Source of the DNA: an uncultured delta proteobacterium
GTDB lineage: Bacteria; Myxococcota_A; Polyangia; Polyangiales; Polyangiaceae
Assembly (NCBI GenBank): GCA_963806225.1
Contig: CAWDXG010000004.1
Span: 5,152,001-5,216,000, forward strand
DNA: 64,000 nt
Direction of reading: 5' to 3'
Shown: piece by piece, positions 22,335-31,555 of the stretch
Layout: every line of letters begins with the position of its first letter
Position numbering within the stretch: position 1 is the first letter of the stretch
Notes under the pieces: generated by a model
What the model was told of the DNA's origin: nothing
Seen by the model: the letters and a program-made list of their open reading frames with translations, nothing else
The model's database searches: none
Program-made: the position numbers and the translations under genes

Positions 22335-23021
22335 CTAGCGCTCGATGCGCCAGAGCGAAAGGCCCAGATAGGCCAGCGCCAGCGCGCCCAGCGCGACCCC
22401 GGCCTGCCACTGCGGCAGCGCCAGCACCGGAGCTCGGCCCAGCAGGTTGCGGATGTGGCCTCGCGGCCACGGAGCCGCCACGACGGTTGTGGTCGAGCCG
22501 AGCACCCAGTCGAGACAGAGGGCCCAGAAACGTCCTCCGCCGCGCCGGCCGAAGCTGGAGCCCAGCGCGAACCAGCAGGTATAGGCAAAGCCCGCGGCGG
22601 CGCCGATCCAGGCGCTGGCCAGCAGATCCGGGGCCAGTCCCGCGTCGGAAAGGCCGCGCGCGACCGTGACGCCGAGCAACGCCAGCAGCGCGGCGGCGAC
22701 CGCGCTCAGCGCAGCGCAGACTCCCAGCAGGCCGAGGGCGGCGATGCGTCGATTTGCGCCGTGGCGGGCGATCTCGTCCAGCGACTCTCCCAGGCGTCGG
22801 CTGTCGGCCGCGCGTTCCACGATCAGGTAGCCGAGGACGGGCACGGCGACGCCGAAGACCGCCCCGACCAGCGTGTGATCCGCGGCATCGAGTGCCGCGC
22901 TGTGACGCTCGAGCAGCGCCGCCGCCGCCACCAGGCCCGCCGCGAGCAACAGGGCAACCAGGCTGGCGCGACGCTGCAGACGGGACGTGGCGAGCAAGGC
23001 GCCGGTCGCGAGCGAGCTCAC
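22335..23021 (-). CDS. Multi-pass membrane protein (ABC-2 permease-like)
   Basis: About 6 hydrophobic segments; GTGA overlap with the upstream ATPase-like gene. Confidence 0.6.
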   Translation of the reverse strand: MSSLATGALLATSRLQRRASLVALLLAAGLVAAAALLERHSAALDAADHTLVGAVFGVAVPVLGYLIVERAADSRRLGESLDEIARHGANRRIAALGLLGVCAALSAVAAALLALLGVTVARGLSDAGLAPDLLASAWIGAAAGFAYTCWFALGSSFGRRGGGRFWALCLDWVLGSTTTVVAAPWPRGHIRNLLGRAPVLALPQWQAGVALGALALAYLGLSLWRIER

Positions 23022-24088
23022 CGCGCGCCTCCTTCGGGGGGCTCGCCGTCGGCGGCTTCCGGCTCCGCAGGTGCGGGAGCCGGCGACCCGTAGAGCGGGG
23101 TGCCCGGCGCTCCCCGGCGGGGTTCCGCGCGGAAGGAGGCGCGGGCCTGCGCCTGGGCGCGGCGGTACGCCTGCTCGTACGCAGCTCGCTCCAGGCCCGC
23201 ACTGGCTCCCCGGACCACGTCCAGTGTGGGCAGCGTGGCAGAGAGCGTGGAGATGTGGATCGACCGCGAGATGGCGACGCGTGCGATGGCCAGCGCGAGC
23301 TCGGCGGGATCCGCTCCGCGCACCCGGATCGCGCCCGGGCTCTGCTGCTGATCCCAGTCCACGCCGGTGACGGCCGCTTCCCCGGCTAGCTCGGCTGCAA
23401 GGCGGCGCGGGTCGTCGCTCCGGACAACGAAGTCCGGCACGCTGCCCGGGGCGAGCTCCACCGGCAAGGGCGCGGCCTGCCGGACGAGACGCCCGCGATC
23501 GAGCAGCAAGAGCGAGCTCGAGAGTGCCGTACCGTCCCCTGCGCTGGCGGTCGTGCACAACACGCACGCGCCTTCTTCGGCGAGGCGAGCGACCCGGTCC
23601 AGCACCAGCTGCCGCGGCACACCCGGCACGCAAAGCGGCTCGTGCAATGCCACCAGCACGGGCTTGTCGCGCGCCAGCGCCACGGCCAACGCCACGGCCC
23701 TGAGCTCTGCCGCGTCCAGCGAGGCCGGTGGCCGATCCGCCCAGCTTCCGAGTCCCGCGGCGCCCAGCACATCGGCCGGCGCGCACTTCCGCTCGCCGGC
23801 GATCGAAAGCGCGCGGGCGACCGACGCGCCCACCGTCGCCGCCGGAATCAACCGCTCCTCGGCGAGCAACGAAGCGGTGCGCCGCCGGACCTCCGGACTC
23901 GCGTGCGGCTCGCGCCCGGCGACCCGCACCCCGCCGCGGCGCGGTCGGGCGAGCCCGGTTGCGACGGCGATCAGCTCACGGGTGCCATCGGCCGGCGCAC
24001 CCAGCACGACGTGCACGCCCGCGTCGAGCGACAGCTCCAGAGCGACGAGCGCGCCCTCGCTGATAGCAGACAGCTCCAGCACGCTCAC
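23018..24088 (-). CDS. ABC ATPase-like protein with degenerate catalytic motifs
   Basis: ABC-like layout (PRRGGVRVAG, LGSWADRPPASL, LLLLDRGRLV), but Walker A reads GAPADGT and Walker B reads LVALHEP. Confidence 0.65.
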   Translation of the reverse strand: MSVLELSAISEGALVALELSLDAGVHVVLGAPADGTRELIAVATGLARPRRGGVRVAGREPHASPEVRRRTASLLAEERLIPAATVGASVARALSIAGERKCAPADVLGAAGLGSWADRPPASLDAAELRAVALAVALARDKPVLVALHEPLCVPGVPRQLVLDRVARLAEEGACVLCTTASAGDGTALSSSLLLLDRGRLVRQAAPLPVELAPGSVPDFVVRSDDPRRLAAELAGEAAVTGVDWDQQQSPGAIRVRGADPAELALAIARVAISRSIHISTLSATLPTLDVVRGASAGLERAAYEQAYRRAQAQARASFRAEPRRGAPGTPLYGSPAPAPAEPEAADGEPPEGGAR

Positions 24089-24822
24089 GGCAGCGGCGCT
24101 CCGATCGCGACGAGATGCGGAACCAGTCCGGCGAAGACCGACGGAACACTGGGGACGAGCGGCCAGAGCGCCTGCACCACGTAGGGCCCCAGCACGAGCG
24201 CCAGGAGCACGAGGCGCGGTCGGCGGGGGCTCAGGTTTTCCGACCACCGCGCCAGCGCTGCCAGGACTATCGCGAGCAGCACGACGTAGCCGCTGACCGC
24301 CAGACCCAACAGCGCGCGGCGGGCTGCCAGCTCCAGCGTGCTGGACAGCAGCAGAGCCAGCACGGTAAGTGCCAGCGCGGGCCACCCGGAAGCGCGCGCA
24401 ATCGCCCGAGCTGTTGCGACCGCACGCGCGAAGGACAGCTCGCCTTTGCCGTAGCCGCGTTGCAACGCCAGTGCCGCGATCCCCTCGCGGGCATCGGCGT
24501 CTGCAAGGTCGCGTGCCGTCCCCAGTGCCGCAACGCCCGCGGCGAGCCACGCGAGCCACTCGAGACCGCGGATGGCGATCACGTCGAGCACGTCGCGCCC
24601 GCCGGCTGCCGCCAGTACGAGCATCAAGCCCGCGAAGCCCAGCGCGACGAGGGCGCCGAGCCAGCGAGCCAGCCGCACACCTGGCAGGGCGCGCACACGT
24701 GCGTCGTAGAAGCTGGTCAGGGCGATGAGGCGCCTAGCGCCCCTGGAGGGCCCGTGATGCTGCACTGCGGCACCGTGCACGGCGCGCAGCATACCGTGCC
24801 CGCGCCGTGCCTCGCCTGGCAT
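24085..24822 (-). CDS. Multi-pass membrane protein (ABC permease-like; start uncertain)
   Basis: Several TM segments; stop overlaps the start of the next gene. Confidence 0.55.
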   Translation of the reverse strand: MPGEARRGHGMLRAVHGAAVQHHGPSRGARRLIALTSFYDARVRALPGVRLARWLGALVALGFAGLMLVLAAAGGRDVLDVIAIRGLEWLAWLAAGVAALGTARDLADADAREGIAALALQRGYGKGELSFARAVATARAIARASGWPALALTVLALLLSSTLELAARRALLGLAVSGYVVLLAIVLAALARWSENLSPRRPRLVLLALVLGPYVVQALWPLVPSVPSVFAGLVPHLVAIGAPLP

Positions 24823-24963
24823 TGTCCAGGTGCATTCCGCTCGCTGGCCGGTTGCCCGCGCTTGTCTCGCAGGGCGCCAGCTCGAATCGGGATCGGCGAT
24901 TTGCTATTCTCGAAGCTCGGCACGGCTGCATTGCGCTGCTCTGCCGAACGACTGGAGGCCCGG

Positions 24964-27396
24964 ATGGTGCGCGCTTACTTCGTGCCGGCGATTGTGTTGG
25001 CTTTCGCGGGTCTGCTTCTGCCGGCCTGCGGTGGGGGTGCGGATTCGGCGCCGGGCGGAGGTACGGGTGGTACCGGGGGCTCGTCGGCAGCTGGAGGCAG
25101 CGCGGGCGCTGGCGGCGCCGCGGGCACCGACGGCGGTCCGGGTGGCGTGGGGGGCACGGGCGGCGTCTGCACCAGCCTGTGCACCACGCCGGATTCGGAC
25201 TGCGACAATATCCCCGACTCGGTCGAGGGCAAGGCGAAGAACCTCGACACCGACGGCGACGGCATTCCCGACTACCTGGACACCGACAGCGACGGCGACA
25301 CCATCCCCGACAAGGTCGAGGCCAACACCCTGAGCGGCTGCAGCCCGCCACTCGACAGCGATGGTGACGGCATTCCGAACCAGCTCGACACCGACAGCGA
25401 CGGCAACGGTATCCCGGACAGGAACGAGATCTATCCGGATGGGAAGGCGTACGACGCCAGCAAGTCCGGTACCGGATACGTCGCAGGGCTCGCGGACACT
25501 GACGGCGACGGCACTCCCGATGTCTACGATGACGACAACGACGGCGACACGCTCCTGGACAAGGACGAGCTGGTCGGCGGAAAGGCGGTCGATACCGACA
25601 AGGACGGCCTGCCCGACATGGACGACATCGACTCCGACGGCGACACGATCGCCGACGTGTTCGAGCGGCTCGACGACGCGGATGGCGACGGCAAACCCAA
25701 TTTTCGCGATCTCGACAGTGACTCCGATGGCGTTCCGGATGCGTGCGAAGCCGGATTCGGGCATACGGTGGTCGACAAGTCGGGCCAGCCGAACCCACCC
25801 GTCGACACCGATGGCGACGGCATCGCGGACTTCCTCGACGTCGACTCCGACGGGGATGGCCTGAAGGACGGCCAGGAAGACAAGAACGGCGATTGCCAGG
25901 TGAATCTCGGCGAGACCGACCGCACGCTGTACGACTCGGACGGTGATGGGGCGAACGACCTCATCGAGGTGAATCTGGGCAGCGATCCGAATTGCGCGTC
26001 GTGCACACCGCAGTCGGAAGGCAAGTACTACTTCGTGCTGCCGTACAAGCAGGCCCCACAGCCTCTCGATCAGGACGTCGTACTGAAGACGAACCTGAAC
26101 AAGGGCGATATCGCTTTCGTTGTCGACACGACCGGCACCATGGCCGGCGCGATCTCGAATGTGCAGACGAACCTCACCAGTCTCGTCAACGCGGTGAAGG
26201 CGGAGGTGTCGGATGCGCATTTCGGGGTGCTCGGACACGACGACTACCCGGTTGGCAGCTATGGCGATGCGAGCCAAGGCGACATGCCGGTGTGGCTACC
26301 CGCCGCCACCGCGTATCTGAGCGGCAAGGTCAGCGATACCGTCGGCGGCGTGAACGGGCTCACCTCGCACAGTGGCGGAGACAACCCCGAAGCGCAGATC
26401 CCCGCCATGTTCCGCGCGTTGCAGAACACGCCCCTGACCTGGCCGACGGGTTCGGTGCCTGCGTACAGCCCCGGGAGCGGTTACGGTGGGCTCGGGTTCC
26501 GCCCGGACGCGCTGCCCATCCTCGTGTCGGTCACGGACGCGCCGTATCACAACGGCAGGCGCGTCGATGCGCCCGGCACCCTCCACGATCCGTACAGCTT
26601 CAACACCGCGAACAACGTGCCGACCGTCGATGATCTGGTCAACACGATGAACTCGCATGGGGCGAAGTTCATCGGCATCTCGCTGGACGACGGTGCGGGA
26701 CGGACCGGCGGCACGCCCGGTGACCCTTATCTCGACATGGCGTACATCGCCGACCAGACGAATTCGCTGGTGTCGCCCGCGGAGGCGTTCAACGGCACGA
26801 AGTGCCTGACGAACATCGCCGGTGGAGGGCTCGCTCCGGACGGTGCGAACGGCACCTGCCGACTGATCTTCAGCGCCTACAAGGACGGCACGGGCGTTGC
26901 GCAGACGGTGCAGAAGGGCATCTTCGCACTGCTCAGCGGTATCCACGTCGACGTGCGCGTGGCCGCGTTGGCTGTCCAGCCGCCGTACCTGGCCTGTGGC
27001 GGAAACCTGTACAACGCCGTCGACGATCTGATCGACCACATCGAGGTGTACGCGCCGGGCCAGATCCAGGACCCCGCGGACCCCGGCTACTCGTGTGCCA
27101 CGATCCCCGTGGCGAAACTCAGGGACTGGTACACCGGGCCACGCGCCGTGGTGGGTGGCGAACCCCCGAACGAGAAGTCCGACTCCTACGACGAAACGGC
27201 GATCGACATCACGCCGGGCACCCGCATCTGCTTCAAGGTGGTACCGAAGATGAACACGATCTGTCCGCAGACCGACAGCGTGCAGATCGCCCGCGCCTCG
27301 CTGGTGGTGCACGCGCGGAACGTCGGGCAGTCGCAGGATCTGATCGTCGGTCAGCCGCGCGACGTGTTCTTCGTCATTCCGCCGAAGTCGCAGTAG
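24964..27396 (+). CDS. Lipoprotein with thrombospondin type-3-like Ca-binding repeats and integrin-beta-like VWA domain (CglD-like architecture)
   Basis: Lipobox LPAC; many D-x-D-x-DG repeats; VVDTTGTM, GGDNPEA and VTDAPYH motifs. Confidence 0.78.
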   Translation: MVRAYFVPAIVLAFAGLLLPACGGGADSAPGGGTGGTGGSSAAGGSAGAGGAAGTDGGPGGVGGTGGVCTSLCTTPDSDCDNIPDSVEGKAKNLDTDGDGIPDYLDTDSDGDTIPDKVEANTLSGCSPPLDSDGDGIPNQLDTDSDGNGIPDRNEIYPDGKAYDASKSGTGYVAGLADTDGDGTPDVYDDDNDGDTLLDKDELVGGKAVDTDKDGLPDMDDIDSDGDTIADVFERLDDADGDGKPNFRDLDSDSDGVPDACEAGFGHTVVDKSGQPNPPVDTDGDGIADFLDVDSDGDGLKDGQEDKNGDCQVNLGETDRTLYDSDGDGANDLIEVNLGSDPNCASCTPQSEGKYYFVLPYKQAPQPLDQDVVLKTNLNKGDIAFVVDTTGTMAGAISNVQTNLTSLVNAVKAEVSDAHFGVLGHDDYPVGSYGDASQGDMPVWLPAATAYLSGKVSDTVGGVNGLTSHSGGDNPEAQIPAMFRALQNTPLTWPTGSVPAYSPGSGYGGLGFRPDALPILVSVTDAPYHNGRRVDAPGTLHDPYSFNTANNVPTVDDLVNTMNSHGAKFIGISLDDGAGRTGGTPGDPYLDMAYIADQTNSLVSPAEAFNGTKCLTNIAGGGLAPDGANGTCRLIFSAYKDGTGVAQTVQKGIFALLSGIHVDVRVAALAVQPPYLACGGNLYNAVDDLIDHIEVYAPGQIQDPADPGYSCATIPVAKLRDWYTGPRAVVGGEPPNEKSDSYDETAIDITPGTRICFKVVPKMNTICPQTDSVQIARASLVVHARNVGQSQDLIVGQPRDVFFVIPPKSQ

Positions 27397-28339
27397 CGCT
27401 GCGCTCTCCGAGCGCCCGCGTGATCTCCGGATTGTCGGGGGAAAGTCGCCTGGCGCGGACGAGCCAGGCGTGGGCGCCCGGATCGCGCAGGCGATAGAGC
27501 GCCATGGCGAGAGCGTACACGCTCACCGGGTCGTTCGGGTCGAGCCGGACGGCGCGGCGTGCCGCACGCACGGCGCGCTCGGGGCGGCGGAGCGCAAGAT
27601 CGGCCGTGGCCATCCAGCCCAGTGCCGCTGCGGCCGTGTCGTCGTGGGAGGCGGCGAGCGGCGTGAGCGCTTCGAGCGCCCTCTCTGCGTGGCCGTGGCG
27701 GAGCTCGGTGCGGGCTGATAGCAGGCCGAGCTCCGCCGAGCTGGGGAACAACTGCGTGCCCTTTTCGGTGATCTGCTCCGCTTCGCGCACGCGCCCCAGC
27801 CGGAGCAGCGACTCGGCGAGCCCGGCGTAGCCGGACGGGTCGTCCGGAGCCACTTCCACCAGGCGCTTGAACTGGAGCCGCGCGCGCTCGATGCGCCCCG
27901 CCTGGAACAAGAGGCGCGCCAGATTGGCCCGCGACGGGGCGAAGCCGGGATCGACCTCGAGCGCGGCGCGGTAGTGCTTCTGCGCGCGGTCCGGTCGGTG
28001 CTCGCGCTCGGCCAGGACGCCCAGGCCATGGTGGGGCTGCGCGATGTCGGGATTGAGCTGCTCGGCGCGCGACAGGAGCTGCCGTGCGCGGTCGAAGTTG
28101 CCGCGCTGCATCTCCACCAGCCCCATGTTGGTGAGGGCCTCGACATAGCGGGGGTTGTATTCCAGGGCGAGCGAGAAGCGGGCGTCCGCCGTTTCCAGAT
28201 CGCCGCGTTCGAGTGCCTCGACTCCGGCGCGGTTCAGCGCCAGCGCCTTGGGAGGAAGAGGCGCCGCGCCGGCGCACGCGGGCAGGGCGAGCAGCAGCAG
28301 GAAGGCGAGCAGATATCCGGACCTCATGCCGCGCTCCAT
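27374..28339 (-). CDS. TPR-repeat lipoprotein
   Basis: Lipobox LPAC; repeated TPR helices (ALEYNPRYVEALTNMG, ALEVDPGFAPSRANLA). Confidence 0.8.
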   Translation of the reverse strand: MERGMRSGYLLAFLLLLALPACAGAAPLPPKALALNRAGVEALERGDLETADARFSLALEYNPRYVEALTNMGLVEMQRGNFDRARQLLSRAEQLNPDIAQPHHGLGVLAEREHRPDRAQKHYRAALEVDPGFAPSRANLARLLFQAGRIERARLQFKRLVEVAPDDPSGYAGLAESLLRLGRVREAEQITEKGTQLFPSSAELGLLSARTELRHGHAERALEALTPLAASHDDTAAAALGWMATADLALRRPERAVRAARRAVRLDPNDPVSVYALAMALYRLRDPGAHAWLVRARRLSPDNPEITRALGERSATATSAE

Positions 28340-28532
28340 CGACCGCCCGCGCCGGCTGGTTGCGTGCTTGCTGCAGTCCGGCCAACTGATCGGCCGCGTG
28401 GCCGGCCGCCGGCGTGCGGCCTGTCCTGTCGTCAACCCCACGCTTTCGTAGCGCTTGTTCAAGGCACGGAAAATGCCCGGGCGCCCGCGGAAGCTGTTGC
28501 GCTGTGCCGCCCGGGCGGGGATGCTCCCGGCC

Positions 28533-29387
28533 ATGTCGAAGGAGCCGGACGCCGACAAGTCGCAATCGGAGGACGCCGAGGACGAGCGCTCTGAAGAGGC
28601 GGCGAGCGGCTCGGCGACGGCCTCGTCGGGTGCGCGCCGTCGTCGCGAAGAGGACCCGGACAACGACGAGGACGACGAGGACGACGAGGACGACGAGGAC
28701 GACGAGGACGACGAGGACGACGAGGACGACGAGGACGACGAGGACGACGAGGACGACGAGGAAGAGGTTCGCCCTGCGCCCCGTCGTGCGCGCCGCCCTG
28801 CGAAGACGCGGTCCAAGCGTCCCTCCTCGCCGGCTGTCCAGCCGCTGAGCGAGAAGGAAATCAACTCGCCCGACCCGCAGACCCTGTGGATGCTCGGTCT
28901 ATTGGCGTTGATGACCCTGGTCCTGTGGGGACTGGCCCGATTCGCGTGCAACGCCCACCCCGCGCAGACCGTAAAGCCCCGGGAGGTGTCGACCTCGGAG
29001 CTGGCGCGGGACCCGAAGGATGCCGCGATCGAGCTGCAACAGCGCTGGGTGACGAAGCACTACGCCGAGGCGCTCGAGCTCGCGACCGGCAATGCCGCCG
29101 CCGAGCTGCGCAAGGAAAAGAAGGCCTGCGACGCCGACAAGAAGGCCTGCAACGCCGAGAGCAAGAAGCTCGCCGGCGAGGTATTGACGACGGGTGCGGT
29201 GCTGTCCAGCGAGGCCGCCAGCGCCGTCGTGCGGGTGACGTCCACCGGTCCGGCGGGCAAGCACAGCTACCTGATCCACCTGCGCTCGAACGGTACGGTC
29301 TGGAAGGCCGACTCGCGTGGGTCCGCCAAGGCGGCGCCACCGGCGGCCCCTGGAGCGTCGGCGGCACCGGCGGCGTCGGCGCCCTGA
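28533..29387 (+). CDS. Single-pass membrane protein with acidic N-terminal tract
   Basis: (DDE)n tract, TM segment LWMLGLLALMTLVLWGLA, C-terminal domain with a Cys pair. Confidence 0.7.
   Translation: MSKEPDADKSQSEDAEDERSEEAASGSATASSGARRRREEDPDNDEDDEDDEDDEDDEDDEDDEDDEDDEDDEDDEEEVRPAPRRARRPAKTRSKRPSSPAVQPLSEKEINSPDPQTLWMLGLLALMTLVLWGLARFACNAHPAQTVKPREVSTSELARDPKDAAIELQQRWVTKHYAEALELATGNAAAELRKEKKACDADKKACNAESKKLAGEVLTTGAVLSSEAASAVVRVTSTGPAGKHSYLIHLRSNGTVWKADSRGSAKAAPPAAPGASAAPAASAP
28671..28760 (+). repeat. 9-bp tandem repeat (GACGACGAG)x10, in frame
   Basis: Read directly; encodes (DDE)10. Confidence 0.95.
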
Positions 29388-29390
29388 CGC

Positions 29391-29981
29391 CTAGATCGCC
29401 TTCGCGCCCACGTCGGCCAGCCAGCCCTCGAGGGTGGAGCGTCGAGGCATGCCGGTGGTGACGTGTCGCACGCGACCCTCGGCGTCGATCACGATGATCG
29501 TCGGCAATAGCGTGATCTTGTAGAGCCTCGCGAAGCGCCCGTCGTCGTGCAGCACGGGGTAGGGAATGCTCCAGGCGTTCTTCACAGCGCTGGCCTGCGC
29601 CGAGCTGTCGTCGACGCTGACGCCTACAAACTGCACCTTGCTCGCGCGCTGGGCTCGCGCGGCGTCGGCGAGCATCGGGGCCGTGCGCCGGCAGGTTGGA
29701 CACCAGCTGGCGAACACCTCGATCACGACGGGGTGGCCGTGCTGCGCGGCGAGGTGGAAGCTGGTGCCGGAAACGGCCGGCAGCTCGAAGTCCGCCGCAG
29801 GCCTGCCCTCGTCGGGACCCGAGCTGCGTCGCGACAGGAGCATGAAGATGCCCACGGCGATCGCGAAGTAGATCACGTACTTGAGTCCGCGTCCCACGCG
29901 GAAGTCGCGGCTGTCGCGGCCGGCGTTTCGCGTCGACGGTGCCGGCTCTTCGTCGTGGTCGGGTGTCCTGGGGCGTTGCAT
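29391..29981 (-). CDS. TlpA/ResA-family thioredoxin-like disulfide reductase
   Basis: N-terminal TM helix, ASWCPTC and cis-Pro loop LLPT. Confidence 0.88.
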   Translation of the reverse strand: MQRPRTPDHDEEPAPSTRNAGRDSRDFRVGRGLKYVIYFAIAVGIFMLLSRRSSGPDEGRPAADFELPAVSGTSFHLAAQHGHPVVIEVFASWCPTCRRTAPMLADAARAQRASKVQFVGVSVDDSSAQASAVKNAWSIPYPVLHDDGRFARLYKITLLPTIIVIDAEGRVRHVTTGMPRRSTLEGWLADVGAKAI

Positions 29982-29991
29982 GGCTATTCAC

Positions 29992-30699
29992 TCATGGGGC
30001 CAGGAGGCGCCGCCCGGCAGCCCAGCCGAAGAAGACGAGTGCCACGACCGTCAGACCGTGTCCCACCCACAGATGCCATGTCTCGCCGCTCGGGCAAGCG
30101 ACGCCGATGGCCACGGCGCCTGCCAGGCCGCCGACCAGACCGGCGAGCGCGCCGGAGAGCCCTGGGGACAGGGGATCGGTGCGGCGCCAGATGAGCAGCG
30201 TGCCGCCCGACACGATAGCGCCGAACAAGAGCGCGTGCAGACCGCAGGCCATGGCGTGGCCGGCCGCGTGCGTGTGCACGAAAGCGCCCAGCGGCAGCCA
30301 GCGCGTGCCTTCGAATGCCAGATAGGCGAGAAACGCGATCGGCACGGTCACTGCGATCAGCAGTCGCGCGCGGCGGGAGACGCGTTTGCCCGGTGGTCGC
30401 GCCAGCCCAACGAATAGCACCGCTGCCTGGACGATCCCCCATCCCGCGGCACCCAGGAGCGCCGCTCTGAGCGCGCCTTCCGGTCGCGCCCGGCCGTAGG
30501 TCAGGTACACGAGCAGGCCGACCACGAAGGCCGACAGCGGGACCGACAGGAGCACGCGGCGGCCCGCCGACAGGCTGCGCTTGCAGCCCAGGTCCTTCGT
30601 GCACTCGTCGTGGATGGCGCGAGTCACCTCGGGGCGCGGGGCTGCCGGTTCGCCCGGCCACGGCAGCTCGCCCAACGGATCGTGCTCGGGTAGAGTCAT
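29992..30699 (-). CDS. NrsF/DUF1109-like membrane anti-sigma factor
   Basis: About 6 TM helices, conserved Cys/His (ACP...HLWVGH); overlaps the ECF sigma gene stop. Confidence 0.72.
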   Translation of the reverse strand: MTLPEHDPLGELPWPGEPAAPRPEVTRAIHDECTKDLGCKRSLSAGRRVLLSVPLSAFVVGLLVYLTYGRARPEGALRAALLGAAGWGIVQAAVLFVGLARPPGKRVSRRARLLIAVTVPIAFLAYLAFEGTRWLPLGAFVHTHAAGHAMACGLHALLFGAIVSGGTLLIWRRTDPLSPGLSGALAGLVGGLAGAVAIGVACPSGETWHLWVGHGLTVVALVFFGWAAGRRLLAP

Positions 30700-31325
30700 G
30701 TCCCCCTGTTGTAGCTATCGAGCTCCGCGCGGAGCAGGTTGTAGCCTCGATGTACCCGAAGCTTGACGGCGGTCGGAGTGGTGCCCAGCACCTCGGCGGC
30801 TTCGGCGATCGACAGGCCGGTGATCTTGGTGAGCTGGATGGCTTCGCGATAGCTCTCGGGCAGGTTGTCGAGCGCTCGCTCGAGCGCTTCGGACACGTCG
30901 TTGGGGACGCTCTCCGCGGGCTCCGGATCGCGGTTCAGGCAGCCTGCCGTCACTGCTGAGAGTTCCTCGCTGCGGCTCCGGGCGGCGCGCCGCTCGTCGT
31001 AGAAGGAGCGGCGCGCAATCGCCAGTAGCCAGGGCAGCAGCGGCGCTCCGCGCATGTAGCTGCCGCGCGCCCGATGCATCTTGGCGAACGTGATCTGCAG
31101 CAGATCCTCGGCGCGCTCCCGGTTCCGCGTGAGACGCAGCAGGTAGCCGAGCAGCTTGCCCGAGATGCGCTCGTACAGCTCGTCGAACGCGTCGGCACGA
31201 CCGTCGACGTACAGCTCCATCAGTTGCTCGAGCGTGGCGTCGACGACTCGGTCACGGGCCCTGGCGTCCACCCTGCCTAGTGGTATCTCGCGCGCGGGCG
31301 CCGCGCCACCCGGCAGAGCGGGCAT
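30696..31325 (-). CDS. ECF RNA polymerase sigma factor (start uncertain)
   Basis: AEDLLQITF and WLLAIARR (region 2); LPESYREA...GLSIAEAAEVLG...VKLRVHRG (region 4). Confidence 0.88.
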   Translation of the reverse strand: MPALPGGAAPAREIPLGRVDARARDRVVDATLEQLMELYVDGRADAFDELYERISGKLLGYLLRLTRNRERAEDLLQITFAKMHRARGSYMRGAPLLPWLLAIARRSFYDERRAARSRSEELSAVTAGCLNRDPEPAESVPNDVSEALERALDNLPESYREAIQLTKITGLSIAEAAEVLGTTPTAVKLRVHRGYNLLRAELDSYNRGT

Positions 31326-31400
31326 TCTGGACGGGACTGCGTAGAGCCACACCCACTGGATACGGAACCCCGCTGGCCGCGGGTTTCCAGGCAAGGGGCG

Positions 31401-31534
31401 GGGCGCAGGGAGCAGGAGGCGGAGCGTCCGCTTTGAGCAGGCGCTGGCGGGGCAGGCGAGGGGCAGGCAGAAGCGGTTCGAGATCAAGAGGGGCTGGCGG
31501 GACAATCCAGCTCCGCCTCCTGCTCCCTGCGCCC
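31401..31534. repeat. Perfect 25-bp inverted repeat with 84-bp spacer
   Basis: GGGCGCAGGGAGCAGGAGGCGGAGC (31401-25) and its exact reverse complement (31510-34). Confidence 0.85.
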
Positions 31535-31555
31535 TCAGCGCCTGCCCCTGCCAGG

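Noticed and set aside
25200..26000. Repetitive GACxxxGACGGCGAC DNA as a nucleotide-level repeat element
   Set aside because: Explained by protein-level DxDxDG calcium-binding repeats with synonymous variation.
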